From the NCBI GenBank assembly GCA_000934665.2, contig JYFJ02004166.1:1-34436 (forward strand): a stretch of DNA of 34,436 nucleotides, given 5' to 3'. Positions 23,609 through 32,483 of the stretch are shown in pieces. The DNA is from Catajapyx aquilonaris. Taxonomy: Eukaryota. The position numbers were made by a program, and so were the translations under genes. Below the pieces are notes generated by a model. That model did no database searches and was not told the DNA's origin. It worked only from the letters and a program-made list of their open reading frames with translations. Position 1 is the first letter of the stretch. Every line of letters starts with the position of its first letter.

Positions 23609-23836
23609 CAGTGGTTTCCAACCTGGGGGTCGCAGGGGGTCGCGATCCTTTGTTCAACTTTTTTTTTGTGCAATTTCTGTGTAAATTGAACCATTTTTGT
23701 GGCCGTACAGAGTGTATGTTTTCTGGAAATGGGTCAGTTGTAGAAGGGGGCCGGGGGGGGGGGGGGGTTCGNGGTTTCGCACATTTATGGAAACATGTTT
23801 AGGGGGTCGCAGTTGGTAAAAGGTTGGAAACCACTG
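23609..23836. mobile_element. hAT MITE inserted in the piggyBac MITE TIR
   Basis: CAGTGGTTTCCAACCT / AGGTTGGAAACCACTG with perfect TSD ACTTAGGT (23601-23608 and 23837-23844). Confidence 0.92.
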
Positions 23837-24011
23837 ACTTAGGTGGAGCCTGAGCGGTTCCAACCACTATTTAAACGTGATGTAACTTGTTGATTAAAAT
23901 TTTTCCCCCTGTCCTTCCGTGAATTTGTCACAAATGTGATTTTTAAGTTTTCGGAAGCCTAATTATCTGAACTGCACTTTCTGCATGTGAAAAGTCCAAT
24001 ATAACAATTTA

Positions 24012-24120
24012 GGGCTGAATCTTCGACGTATCGCGCAAACCTGCGGGAGGGGCGCACAAACGGGGAGTTACCACACCTTCCACACCTGCAGGTTTGCGCG
24101 ATACGTTGAAGATTCAGCTC
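24012..24120. mobile_element. PIF/Harbinger-type MITE inside the piggyBac MITE
   Basis: GGGCTGAATCTTCGACGTATCGCGCAAACCTGC / GCAGGTTTGCGCGATACGTTGAAGATTCAGCTC with TTA/TCA flanks. Absent from the 3571-4041 copy at the homologous site. Confidence 0.85.
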
Positions 24121-25189
24121 TCAGCTGATAAAGCAGAGATTTAAATATACAGTTGGAGCCGCTCAGGCTCCACATATGTAACTAAAGGTGTTTCGGGCAC
24201 CTAAGTAGTTAAGGGTTAATGTTTTAGGGTTTACAGTGTAGCTGAATAATGCCAGTCACACACACTCACACATGCACATGTACAATACTGTACTTAGCGT
24301 GATATTGAAACTCTAGGATGCCTGAAGAAGATATTTTATGCCAGTTAATGACTAAAATCTATAATGGTGCATTAATCAGTGCAAAATTCTGCAACCGTCT
24401 GTCAAGCTACGAAACCTGGGAACTTGCAATTGACAGAAGGAAACATAGCACCTACTTAAGTGGCTCAGTTCGGATGCCGCTACTTGCAACCTTTGTTTTT
24501 GCGGTACACCCTGTATCGCGGGTTCAAAAATCAAACCAGCTTGTAAATGTCATTCTGTCACCATGAAAACATGAGGCATATGCAGGAGTAAATCCAGCGG
24601 TTTTTATGCCTTTCCCCCCGTTGCACTGGTATGTTGATGTGAACCAAGCTCCGAACCTCCCTCCAAACCGGGTTCAACTCCGGAGGTGTTGGCCCAAACC
24701 AAACGCCGACCCAAGCTGGCAAGCTCCCAACCATACTCCGAACCCACTCCGACCTTGGCTCCACCCTCCCTCCGAACTGGCTTGACTCCGAACCAAGCTC
24801 TGACGCTTGCTCCAAACCCGGCTCTACTCCTCCGGAGTGGCTCTGCTGTTAGCGGGTTCGTTGAGCAAGGTTGGGTTCGGTTCACAACCCTGATTGGGAG
24901 AAGAGGAGAGAGAAGAGAAGCATCCCCACCAATGACAAGGTGAATGGTCCACAAAGCAATGCCGAGATGTCAAGTGAACTGTGACATTAGAAAACAGCAA
25001 TAGCACATGTGTGCTTCTTGCACACAGTCACCCTTACTGCTGAAACTACTATGCATACGTGCACCAAATTTATTGACTTGGTAGTTGTGTCCAATGAGCA
25101 GTGATAATAATCACTTCTGTGAAAGAGGTGACCTCATAAATGTCAACAGTCATGACTATCAAAGCTCATATCCTGCTACTTCGGCAACC

Positions 25190-25741
25190 ACCAGCCAATG
25201 TGTCTGGTCATCTACCTCATTAAACGTCGCTCCCCTGACATCCCCCCCCCCCCCTACATTTTCGGCTTGTTTTGGGCCAAGGAATACACTGACGGCTGTT
25301 GGCCATACTAGTAAGAAACACCCTGTATGTATCAAATCACATGGTCAGAACTGCAAGTGACAGTTCCACTCCCTGCAATGCCATCTGAAATTTGACATAT
25401 GTACTAGATTCTGTAAGGGTGTGAAAGGTATGAGAGAAAATATGTTGAGGAAATATGGTTGTTGGGATTTTGCAAGATCACCTCTTTCACATTAAGTGAT
25501 TATCATGCTCATATCCTGCTCCCTAGGTAACCCCTGTAAGAGGTGCGAGTCCATGTGCCAGGTGATCTCCCTACGAAGAGCCGTCGTGTGTGTTGCTGCA
25601 GAGACTAGGGGCAGGCCAATGTTTCTGATTGTCTGCCTCATTACAGTTGGTCCCTCGACATTTCTCCCCCCTACATTTTCAACTTGTTTTGGTCCAAGGA
25701 ATACGCTGACTGCCATTGGTGATACTAGTAAGAAACCTGTA
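25190..25741 (+). repeat. Two direct copies (~25190-25328 and ~25610-25741) of a Tc1-type element end
   Basis: Both read CCTACATTTTC..CTTGTTTTGG.CCAAGGAATAC.CTGAC...ATACTAGTAAGAAAC..CCTGTA. Confidence 0.7.
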
Positions 25742-26027
25742 TATTGATCATACAATATAAAGATAATATTGATTGTACATGACTGTGATACTCTCACCTC
25801 ACACTTATTAGAAAGCCATAACAAGTGATTAATCCTATGTGAATGACATGCACTTGTTCTGAATTCATCATTTATCATTCAATTGACCTTTAGTCCAGTG
25901 ACATTTCTGAATATGACCCTCAGCGTTTTTCATATTGAAAGGCTTCAAGGTCTGGCAGGTCGAATTCCACAACAAGAATTACTATCTTTGTGAAATCAAC
26001 ATTATTCAACCAGTCCATAAGTTATAC

Positions 26028-27076
26028 CTGTGGTCGGGTGACAGCCCCATCCCAATGATATGTCCATGGAGATCAAGAAGGTGGTCTGGCTCATCAAACT
26101 TGTCCTTTACTGCTTCATAATCCAACCAGTTCACAGGTGGTGGGTGAGGTGGGAAGAATGGGACATGGTTACCTCCCTCTTCTCCCATGGCTGCCAGCCC
26201 CTCAGCCAGAGCCTGTGCCTCTTCTTCCTCCTCCCTTTTTTTCCTTCTCTCCATCTCCGCTACTCTTTCCCTCAGGCTGGGTCCAGCAGGCATCCTCCTC
26301 TCAAATCGGAGTGGAGGCACTCGCTTGAAGCCTATCTGGTGTGGTGTGTATGTTTTGGAGCCAGTTGTGTAGATGAGTAACTTACTTCTGGAATCTACTA
26401 GTTCACTATCCTCATTGTCCTCCTCCTCCTCCTCCTCCTCACCCTCCCCCTCTTCTTCCACATCTTCCTCAACTTCTACCCCCTCTGCTCTACGGTATGC
26501 CTCATTGTACTGTATTGTTGTTGAATCTGTTGATCCCCCCCTAGCTGGCACACTATTGGTAACTCCACCACTGCACTTCGCAGGTGGTACACAGTTAGCA
26601 ACAATCACTGATCTTACTGAAGAAGCATTTCGATTATAGAACCGAAATTGCCTACACATGACAGCAGCATATTCTGACTGTGTCTCTTGGCTCGCCTTGT
26701 TGAGCCACAGTATGGAGGTTGAAACAAGGTGTGCCAGCCACCTGAGTTCCCCTGAGAGGAGGTATCCCTCACTGAACCAGGCACCAAATATGTCATATGG
26801 CTTGTTCACCATTCGGCACTGCAGCTGAAGCTCTCCCACTGAGGATGGATCCTCACTTTCGGCAGCACTGGCTACCAAGTTGAAAACAGCAATCTCACCT
26901 GAGGTGCTATGAGTAGATAAATGGGCTCCAAAGTGGACTCCTGAAACCAGCAGCAGGGTGTCAGACTCATTGAACTGAGAGAACTGGGTGTACTTCCAGC
27001 TAAACTCCTTCATGTCACGGCTATACACCAGGCGGGTAGGGTGACTTGTACAGTCCCACACGTACACAAATCCATC
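26028..27076 (-). CDS. FBXW5: FBXW5 coding exon 2 (WD40 region with acidic insert)
   Basis: Acceptor TTTCCTTTCATGCAG (27078-27077), donor AG|GTATAA, phase 0-2. FSWKYTQFSQFNESDTLLLVSGVH, NKPYDIFGAW, TTGSKTYTPHQIGFK and LHGHIIGMGLSPDHR are characteristic of FBXW5. Confidence 0.95.
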
Positions 27077-27184
27077 CTGCATGAAAGGAAAACCACATTT
27101 TAAATATATACAAGATGAAATTATGTGATTCACAGCATGATGTCCCACAAATGACTGAATCTCTACATTGCAGGTCTCAAAATA

Positions 27185-27420
27185 CGAGGGCGAATTGAAA
27201 AGTAATTGAGAACTTTTTTTATTTCCGAAGCTTCACTACTGAAATAGAAACTGGCATATACATATGAAGGGCAAGTCTTCCTCTATTTTTAGACATAGTC
27301 ACCACACACTTTGGTGCACTTGTCCCAGTGGGACACTAGCTTTTCCATGCCACTGCAGAAAAATGCGTCAGGCGGGCTGGGAAGCCAGTGACTGAAGGCC
27401 GGTATCCACGTATGAGATTC
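27185..27420 (-). mobile_element. Mariner 3' end relic
   Basis: TA-CGAGGGCGAATTGAAAAGT terminus. Minus strand FFCSGMEKLVSHWDKCTKVCGDYV* matches a mariner transposase C-terminus. Confidence 0.8.
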
Positions 27421-28068
27421 TCGCATACGAGAAGCCGCGAGGAGCCAACTGCGCATAGGATAATTCGAAATTGAGGAAATGCTAATACACAGCAAGACTA
27501 TTTACCTTGTCATTGCCTCATTTACAGCTGCTGTTGCGCATCCATTATAATTTTAGCCATTTGCTGTTCAGAAACCCTGAGAAGAGGTTGAAGTTGACTT
27601 CTGTCCTTTTATTCGTGCTTATTATTATCATCTCACTTCAATCAGGCAGGAACAGTGAGCTATAACTCGTCTGCTATGACTGGCTACCTTGTGACCTGTG
27701 AGGGAAAGACCTGTACGCTGTACCATTCATTGACTGCTTGGTTGGGACTTACAAATTAATACGTCTTCCCATAACAAAGTAGGCCACTATAGGGAGCGGG
27801 ACAGGCACTTGCTTACCCGCGGCAGTAATTGACGTAACATTTCGACCCGAGTGCCAAAAAGTGTTACCGAATGGCCTATGCTGCTATAGATATGTAGAGT
27901 GAGAAGGAAAAGAAAAATCCAACAAGTTTTCTGTCGGTTGTTTGCGAGAGTCAAGAAATTATACCTGGTAGACATAAGAAAGGGAGTAAAAAAGAAAGAC
28001 ACGAAGAAAAACACGAAAAAGACGAAAGAAACGGGGGAGGGGGAAGAAAAAAAATCGCAAATGGAAAC

Positions 28069-28164
28069 TGGTCTCCGACGAGGCTCGAACCTACGACCCT
28101 TTGATCTTCTAAGACCATGCTTTGATCTGTAAACAGCAGCGTTACCAACTGGGCCAGTAGGGCC
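28069..28164 (-). pseudogene. tRNA-like sequence embedded in a probable non-autonomous element (~27772-28370)
   Basis: A-box TGGCCCAGTTGG and B-box GGTTCGAGCC. The anticodon region is expanded by a repeated AGATCAAAG and the acceptor stem pairs poorly. Confidence 0.55.
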
Positions 28165-28472
28165 ACTCGACCTAGACTTGTTTATTACGTTTCAATTCGC
28201 CAATTATCCCCGTCGCCTTGGTTATAGGGCCACTTTTATTTGCTAATTACTCGAAAATGCTTGAGTAGTGACGGTTGTCATTTTCACATATTCATACCTG
28301 GCCTACAATTGACCAGCCATGTAATTTTCGGTCCGATCGGTGACATGTTGGTGCGGATCATTCCTTGTTAGTGAGTGGAAGTGAGTTAATAGGACGAGAC
28401 ATTTGCATTTACTGGAGTAAGAACTGTCTGAGTGGGAGGGCTCTCGATTTTCATTACGATATAGGAGTAATA

Positions 28473-28560
28473 CAGTAAAACTTCTATAAGTCGAATCTCC
28501 ATGGGACCGGAAAAAAACTTCGAGTTATAGAAGATTCGAGTTGGAGAAGTTTGGAATTTT
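28473..28560. mobile_element. pogo/Tigger-like MITE end
   Basis: TA-CAGTAAAACTTCTATAAGTCGAA...TTCGAGTTATAGAAG. Confidence 0.55.
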
Positions 28561-28769
28561 TAAAGCACAGAACTCTATAAGGAAGCCTAACCTTTAAATC
28601 CAGCGGCGAAAGGTGTTCCATAACTTAAAAATAACTATCACTATCAGACTTACAATGTTCCTCGTTGTTTTGGTGTAAAAAAATCTCTGTTATGGACATT
28701 GCCTACTCTTAGATTCAAGGATTCAATTGTCACGATCAAGTCAAGCCCTTCTTTAGGTACGCCTTGGTA

Positions 28770-28960
28770 GACGGACATTGCACCTTGCACCCATGTTCCC
28801 TCCCCAAAAATCCCTATCCTTTCCCATTGTCCCTGTTTCCTTGCACCGGAGTATGAAGTAGAAAAATATATAGAAAACTGATGGTGGTATGCCACCCCCC
28901 CTATAGCTCCCGTAAGGGACATCACGGGGTAAAATGAAATAAAAAAAATAATAATAAATA
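28770..28960 (+). mobile_element. 3' half of a SINE (central module and tail 2)
   Basis: GACATTGCACCTTGCACC..TCCCT resembles 12216-12270. CCCCCCTATAGC...ATCACGGGGTAAAAT-(AAT)n resembles the tail of the 19286-19550 SINE. Confidence 0.6.
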
Positions 28961-29219
28961 TTGGAACCTTGTTGCGAAACGCCTGGGTCTGCGGGCATGA
29001 AAATTGGGAGGGGATGTGCAAGGTGCAAGTGCAATATCTGTAATGGTACATTTTGTGAACTCCCCTGGGTGGACTGGTCTAGCGGAGATTCCACGCGAGA
29101 CGAAGCCAGAGATGACCCAACTCTGCACGAGATGAAGGGGGGAGACCCCAGGCTGGGATCGAACCCAGGACCCTTCCATCCGTGGGCGCATACATTACCG
29201 CAGTGCCACTTCACCTCCC
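28961..29219 (-). mobile_element. tRNA-derived SINE (head A and central module, lacking tail 1)
   Basis: Shares long near-identical blocks with 1080-1319, for example CGAGACGAAGCCAGAGATGACC.AACTCTGCACGAGATGAAGGGGG. Confidence 0.88.
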
Positions 29220-29489
29220 ATAGCATATGAATTGCTGTGAAGGCCAACAGTTGACAAATATGACATCTACTCGCCTACTTGCAAGTTTATATCCATTTTA
29301 TTGATGTATCCTGCCATGCCAAAAAGAAAGCTGCAGGTACTATATCACCCAAAAAGATGGAGACGATTTTGCATTTGACTCAAGTGCAACTTGCACTTGA
29401 ATCAAATGCCAATCGTCTCTATCTTTTTGAGCGATATAGTACTTTTCGAGTAGCAAGTCAACAAAAGAGAGTGAAAAACCAATCATTAC

Positions 29490-29921
29490 CTTCGAGCAAG
29501 TGGCAAACAAGTCCCCATGATGGGCAAACGACACATGTAAGACTTGGTCCCGATGAAGCTTGAGTTCCTCAGCCTCGTAAGATGGCACCTGGTCAACCAG
29601 CCTCTGGTATTCTTCTCTCCATGAAGTGGCCCCTGGAGACAGCCCCAAGGATGGATCAGCCCCAAAATCCCGGTGGAAAAGCTTGCGCCAGAGCACCTCA
29701 TCTCTAGACACACGCAGCCACTGCTTGCATGTCTGACCTGATCTCACTAGAGACTTGTAATCCAGTGGGGCCATGATATAGAGCAACACACAGTCTGCCA
29801 CCTGCGGGCCAGTCTGCTGCATATTTGTATAAGAAACGACAGGTGCCCCAAGGCCTGTTCCGCCTGTTCCATTCCCACTCTCCAACACACAGTCTGCCAC
29901 CTGTGGACCTGTCCGCTGCAT
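29490..29921 (-). CDS. FBXW5: FBXW5 coding exon 1 (F-box and first WD40); start codon uncertain
   Basis: F-box VADCVLLYIMAPLDYKSLVRSGQTCKQWLRVSRDEVLWRKLF, then SWREEYQRL and HRDQVLHVSFAHHGDLFATCSK. Donor AAG|GTAATG in phase 0. The exon acceptor is at 30087-30086 and an in-frame TAA lies near 30074, so the first in-frame ATG is 29921. Confidence 0.9.
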
Positions 29922-29981
29922 ATCTGTAGAAGACACAAGAGATGCCCCAAGGCAGCGACCTCCTGTACCACTCCCACTCTC
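29784..29981 (-). repeat. 99-bp (33-codon) tandem duplication at the FBXW5 5' end
   Basis: ESGSGTGGRCLGASLVSSTDMQRTGPQVADCVL (29981-29883) and ESGNGTGGTGLGAPVVSYTNMQQTGPQVADCVL (29882-29784). Confidence 0.95.
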
Positions 29982-30149
29982 ATCGGTCGAGGGTATCAAG
30001 TCAGTTGGATGTTCCGGTATGATTCCCACAGCTGTGTGCCCTACGCTGAGTGACCGTGGTCGCCTCCTCGCTTATGGAACATCACCTGTGAAGAAACAAG
30101 AAAGTGGAGAACAGGGTCAACACAGACATGTTGGGTCCATATCATAGTA

Positions 30150-30340
30150 GGACACAAAATGGCGAATAATCGGCTGGCAACCTTGCACTCGGAATTTACG
30201 AGCAAGAAGGCCACGAACTGGCCACCAACACTCCAACAGCTAGGCAGTGTCAAGCAGCTCTTTTTGCCCCGTGCTGTGGTTCCGTGTCGGAGGTACCACT
30301 GAGGGCGGTGGGCGGATATGTTGTCGTCACTCGTCGGGCG
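30150..30340. promoter_or_regulatory. Candidate bidirectional promoter and first-exon region of FBXW5 and the BTB gene
   Basis: CpG-rich, with AAAATGGCG (YY1/Pho-like) near 30156. Candidate donors are GTAAAT (minus, 30199) and GTAAGG (plus, 30340). Confidence 0.5.
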
Positions 30341-30472
30341 TAAGGGAGTACTAATCATATCCCTATGGCAATCAAGATTGACACCCTATTTATTGCAGCT
30401 CCTCCGTGTGTGTTTGAGTGATCAACCCAGGGCGGGTGCATAACTCATAACTGGCCACATTGCATTCTGGCC

Positions 30473-31033
30473 ATGAAGAGCTGGTGTGGAAGTGTCCCAT
30501 CCATGCCCATGGGTTCCTGTCCCACAGGTCCACCTCCAACAGCATCACCTGCTGCCCCTCCCCCACCCACACTGGACAATAGCATGCTGTTAGATGGATC
30601 AGCAGAGTATTCCTTGCAGTGGAGTGATTTTGGTGTTTGCCTTTCCACCTCCTTTCGTGAGCTGCGGGCACGTGCTGACTTTGTGGATGTCACATTAGCT
30701 TGCTCGGATGGACGCTCCTTTCAGGCGCATAAGGCCCTTCTCTCCATCTGCAGCCCCTACTTGAGATGCCTTCTCAAGGGGAACCCGTGCTCACACCCTA
30801 TACTTATCCTGCACGATGTATCTGGAAATGACATGGAGGCTTTGTTAGAGTATATGTACCAAGGACAGGTCAGGGTCTCCAGGGACAGGCTTCACACATT
30901 GGTTCGCTGTGCTGAAACACTCCAGATACGAGGAATCTCGGAGGGTGCCGCTACAGCTGTGCAGAATGATGGAGGAGGAGTGGGTGGAACAATAGGTGCA
31001 GCAGGAGACAGGGGAACAGGTCTTACTCGTCAG
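30473..31033 (+). CDS. First coding exon of a Tramtrack-type BTB/POZ protein; gene continues beyond the window
   Basis: EYSLQWSDF...FVDVTLACSDGRSFQAHKALLSICSPYL...HPILIL...ALLEYMYQGQV...AETLQIRGI. Acceptor TTTATTGCAG (30397-30398) and phase-0 donor CAG|GTAAGC. Orthologue not identifiable. Confidence 0.9.
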
Positions 31034-31294
31034 GTAAGCAGTGCCAAAGGAATATTCTACTGACAAGTAGGGGTGCATGACAAGGTGGCATGATTTAAAA
31101 TTTTATGCCAAAGGCCAAAAAACGTGATTGCTTTAGTTAGGTTGTTACCATATTTCTTGGAAATGCAGCAAGTTATTGACTCAAACACCTGATGCATAAT
31201 ATGCATTCGCATTAGCCTGTCCATTTGGTTGCTCAAAACTAGTTAAGGACCTCAGGACAAGAGGGCTTGATCTAATTATACGAAAAATGAATAA

Positions 31295-31471
31295 AGGTGC
31301 GTTTACATGTGAGCGATTTGATCGTGTGATGTCATCGCTGAGTAACCGGAGTAACCAGTATTGTTTGAGGCAAACATCGATTGTTACTTTCACCTCAAAC
31401 AATATTGGTTACTCAGGTTACTCAGCGATGTTACCGCTTGGTGATGACATCGCTCACATGTAAATGCACCT
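31295..31471. mobile_element. PIF/Harbinger-type palindromic MITE
   Basis: TAA-AGGTGCGTTTACATGTGAGCGAT ... ATCGCTCACATGTAAATGCACCT-TAT. Confidence 0.8.
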
Positions 31472-31541
31472 TATTAGTGAGAAAATGTTCTTCGTGGATA
31501 TATCACTGCTCCCTAAAAATTTCACAGCCTCAGAAGCAATA

Positions 31542-31706
31542 CTGTATTTACTCGAATCTAAGTCGCCCTCAAATCCAAGTCACACCCCTAGTTTTAAGTA
31601 GTCAAATGTTAGCTATGGAAGAATGCCTTGTACCAGATTCTAAGACACACTCCATTTTCCCCTGTATTTTAGATTAAAAGGGTATCTTAGATTCCAGTAG
31701 ATATGG
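31542..31706. mobile_element. pogo/Tigger-like MITE
   Basis: CTGTATTTACTCGAATCTAAG ... CTTAGATTCCAGTAGATATGG. Confidence 0.6.
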
Positions 31707-32005
31707 CAGTCCTTCCCAATCTTTTTGGTTGGCAACCCCAGAAAATCGTCTCGTAAAATTCGCGACCCCCACTTCCCATTCCACCCTACACCCCCCACAT
31801 CCACACTAGAGTACAGTACCTTTCTTCTCCTGTTACAATTTGAAAGACCAACATGAATAGACATTGTAATGTGGTAGTCAATTACAATCATAGATAAATT
31901 AATGTACATCTTGTTTACGGGAATATTTTTCCCGCGAATGAATAATTTTGTTACCCTCCCTCACGACCCCAAATGGGGTCATGACCAACAGTTGGGAAAG
32001 CACTG
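31707..32005. mobile_element. Degenerate hAT (Charlie-like) MITE
   Basis: CAGTCCTTCCCAATC ... GTTGGGAAAGCACTG with internal CGCGACCCC/GGGGTC motifs like the other hAT MITEs. Confidence 0.6.
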
Positions 32006-32483
32006 AAATAGTGTATTGCATTCTGACATTAAAGTGCAGTTTAGTTTTATCTGATAAAGACAAAACCTGTGAGAACAAATAGTTTTATCTGCATCTGTTA
32101 CATAGTTTGATCGAATGAAAATGAGATTTGTGGCAGAGAAGGTTTAAAACCCTGCCATTTGGGCAGTGGTGGGCACAGCTAACCAAAAGTTTAGCTTCGC
32201 TAACAGCTAATCCACTAACTAAAACAGTTGACTTCTCTAAATCGCTAACCCTAAGCAGCTAGAAATATTAGCGGAAGCTGACGCTAACTTTTATTAATGT
32301 ATGAATTTAGCCTTTTATTGGCTCTATGGCCCTTTAAAAAATAAAAACAAACCGAGAGTGCTAGAGCCTAGAGAGCACTGCTACACATACGCCTTGTTTA
32401 GTTATTTAATGTTCCTGACAAAAAGTAATAAACAAGTCCAAAAAGCAAAAAAAGTTAATTGTAACGAAAGTATTACATTTTAC

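Larger units (their letters stand above)
23592..24215. mobile_element. piggyBac-type MITE, inverted copy of 3571-4041, interrupted twice
   Basis: CCCTTAACTACTTAGGT ... ACCTAAGTAGTTAAGGG-TTAA (left TSD reads TCAA). Interior matches the reverse complement of 3571-4041. Confidence 0.88.
23401..24238. mobile_element. CACTG-terminated palindromic unit at the apex of the foldback
   Basis: TA-CACTGTAAACC ... GGTTTACAGTG-TA, with internal arms AGCATCACAGGTGAG...CATGGAACATCAATT / AATTGATGTTCCATG...CTCACCTGTGATGCT. Confidence 0.6.
22781..24892. mobile_element. Foldback element with hAT-like ends and ~620-650-bp inverted arms, hosting four nested MITEs
   Basis: Termini CAGGGTTGTGAACC / GGTTCACAACCCTG with perfect 8-bp TSD ATTGGGAG (22773-22780 and 24893-24900). 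22781-23400 is the reverse complement of 24239-24892 apart from indels. Confidence 0.9.

Noticed and set aside
24558..25006. Cluster of overlapping ORFs and repeated CCGAACC units (CRISPR-like or coding?)
   Set aside because: These are subterminal repeats of the foldback arm, with irregular spacing, no unique spacers and no cas genes.
26060..26639. Plus-strand ORFs including the poly-Ser ORF
   Set aside because: They are antisense shadows of FBXW5 exon 2 and its poly-Glu tract.
26006..27148. 380-aa ORF as a standalone gene
   Set aside because: Its ends run into introns. FBXW5 similarity is bounded by splice sites at 27076 and 26028, in phase with the neighbouring exons.
9011..30473. Splicing of the 8868-9011 exon into the BTB exon
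   Set aside because: Phase 0 at 30399 reaches TAA after 14 codons, and the BTB frame has an upstream TGA.
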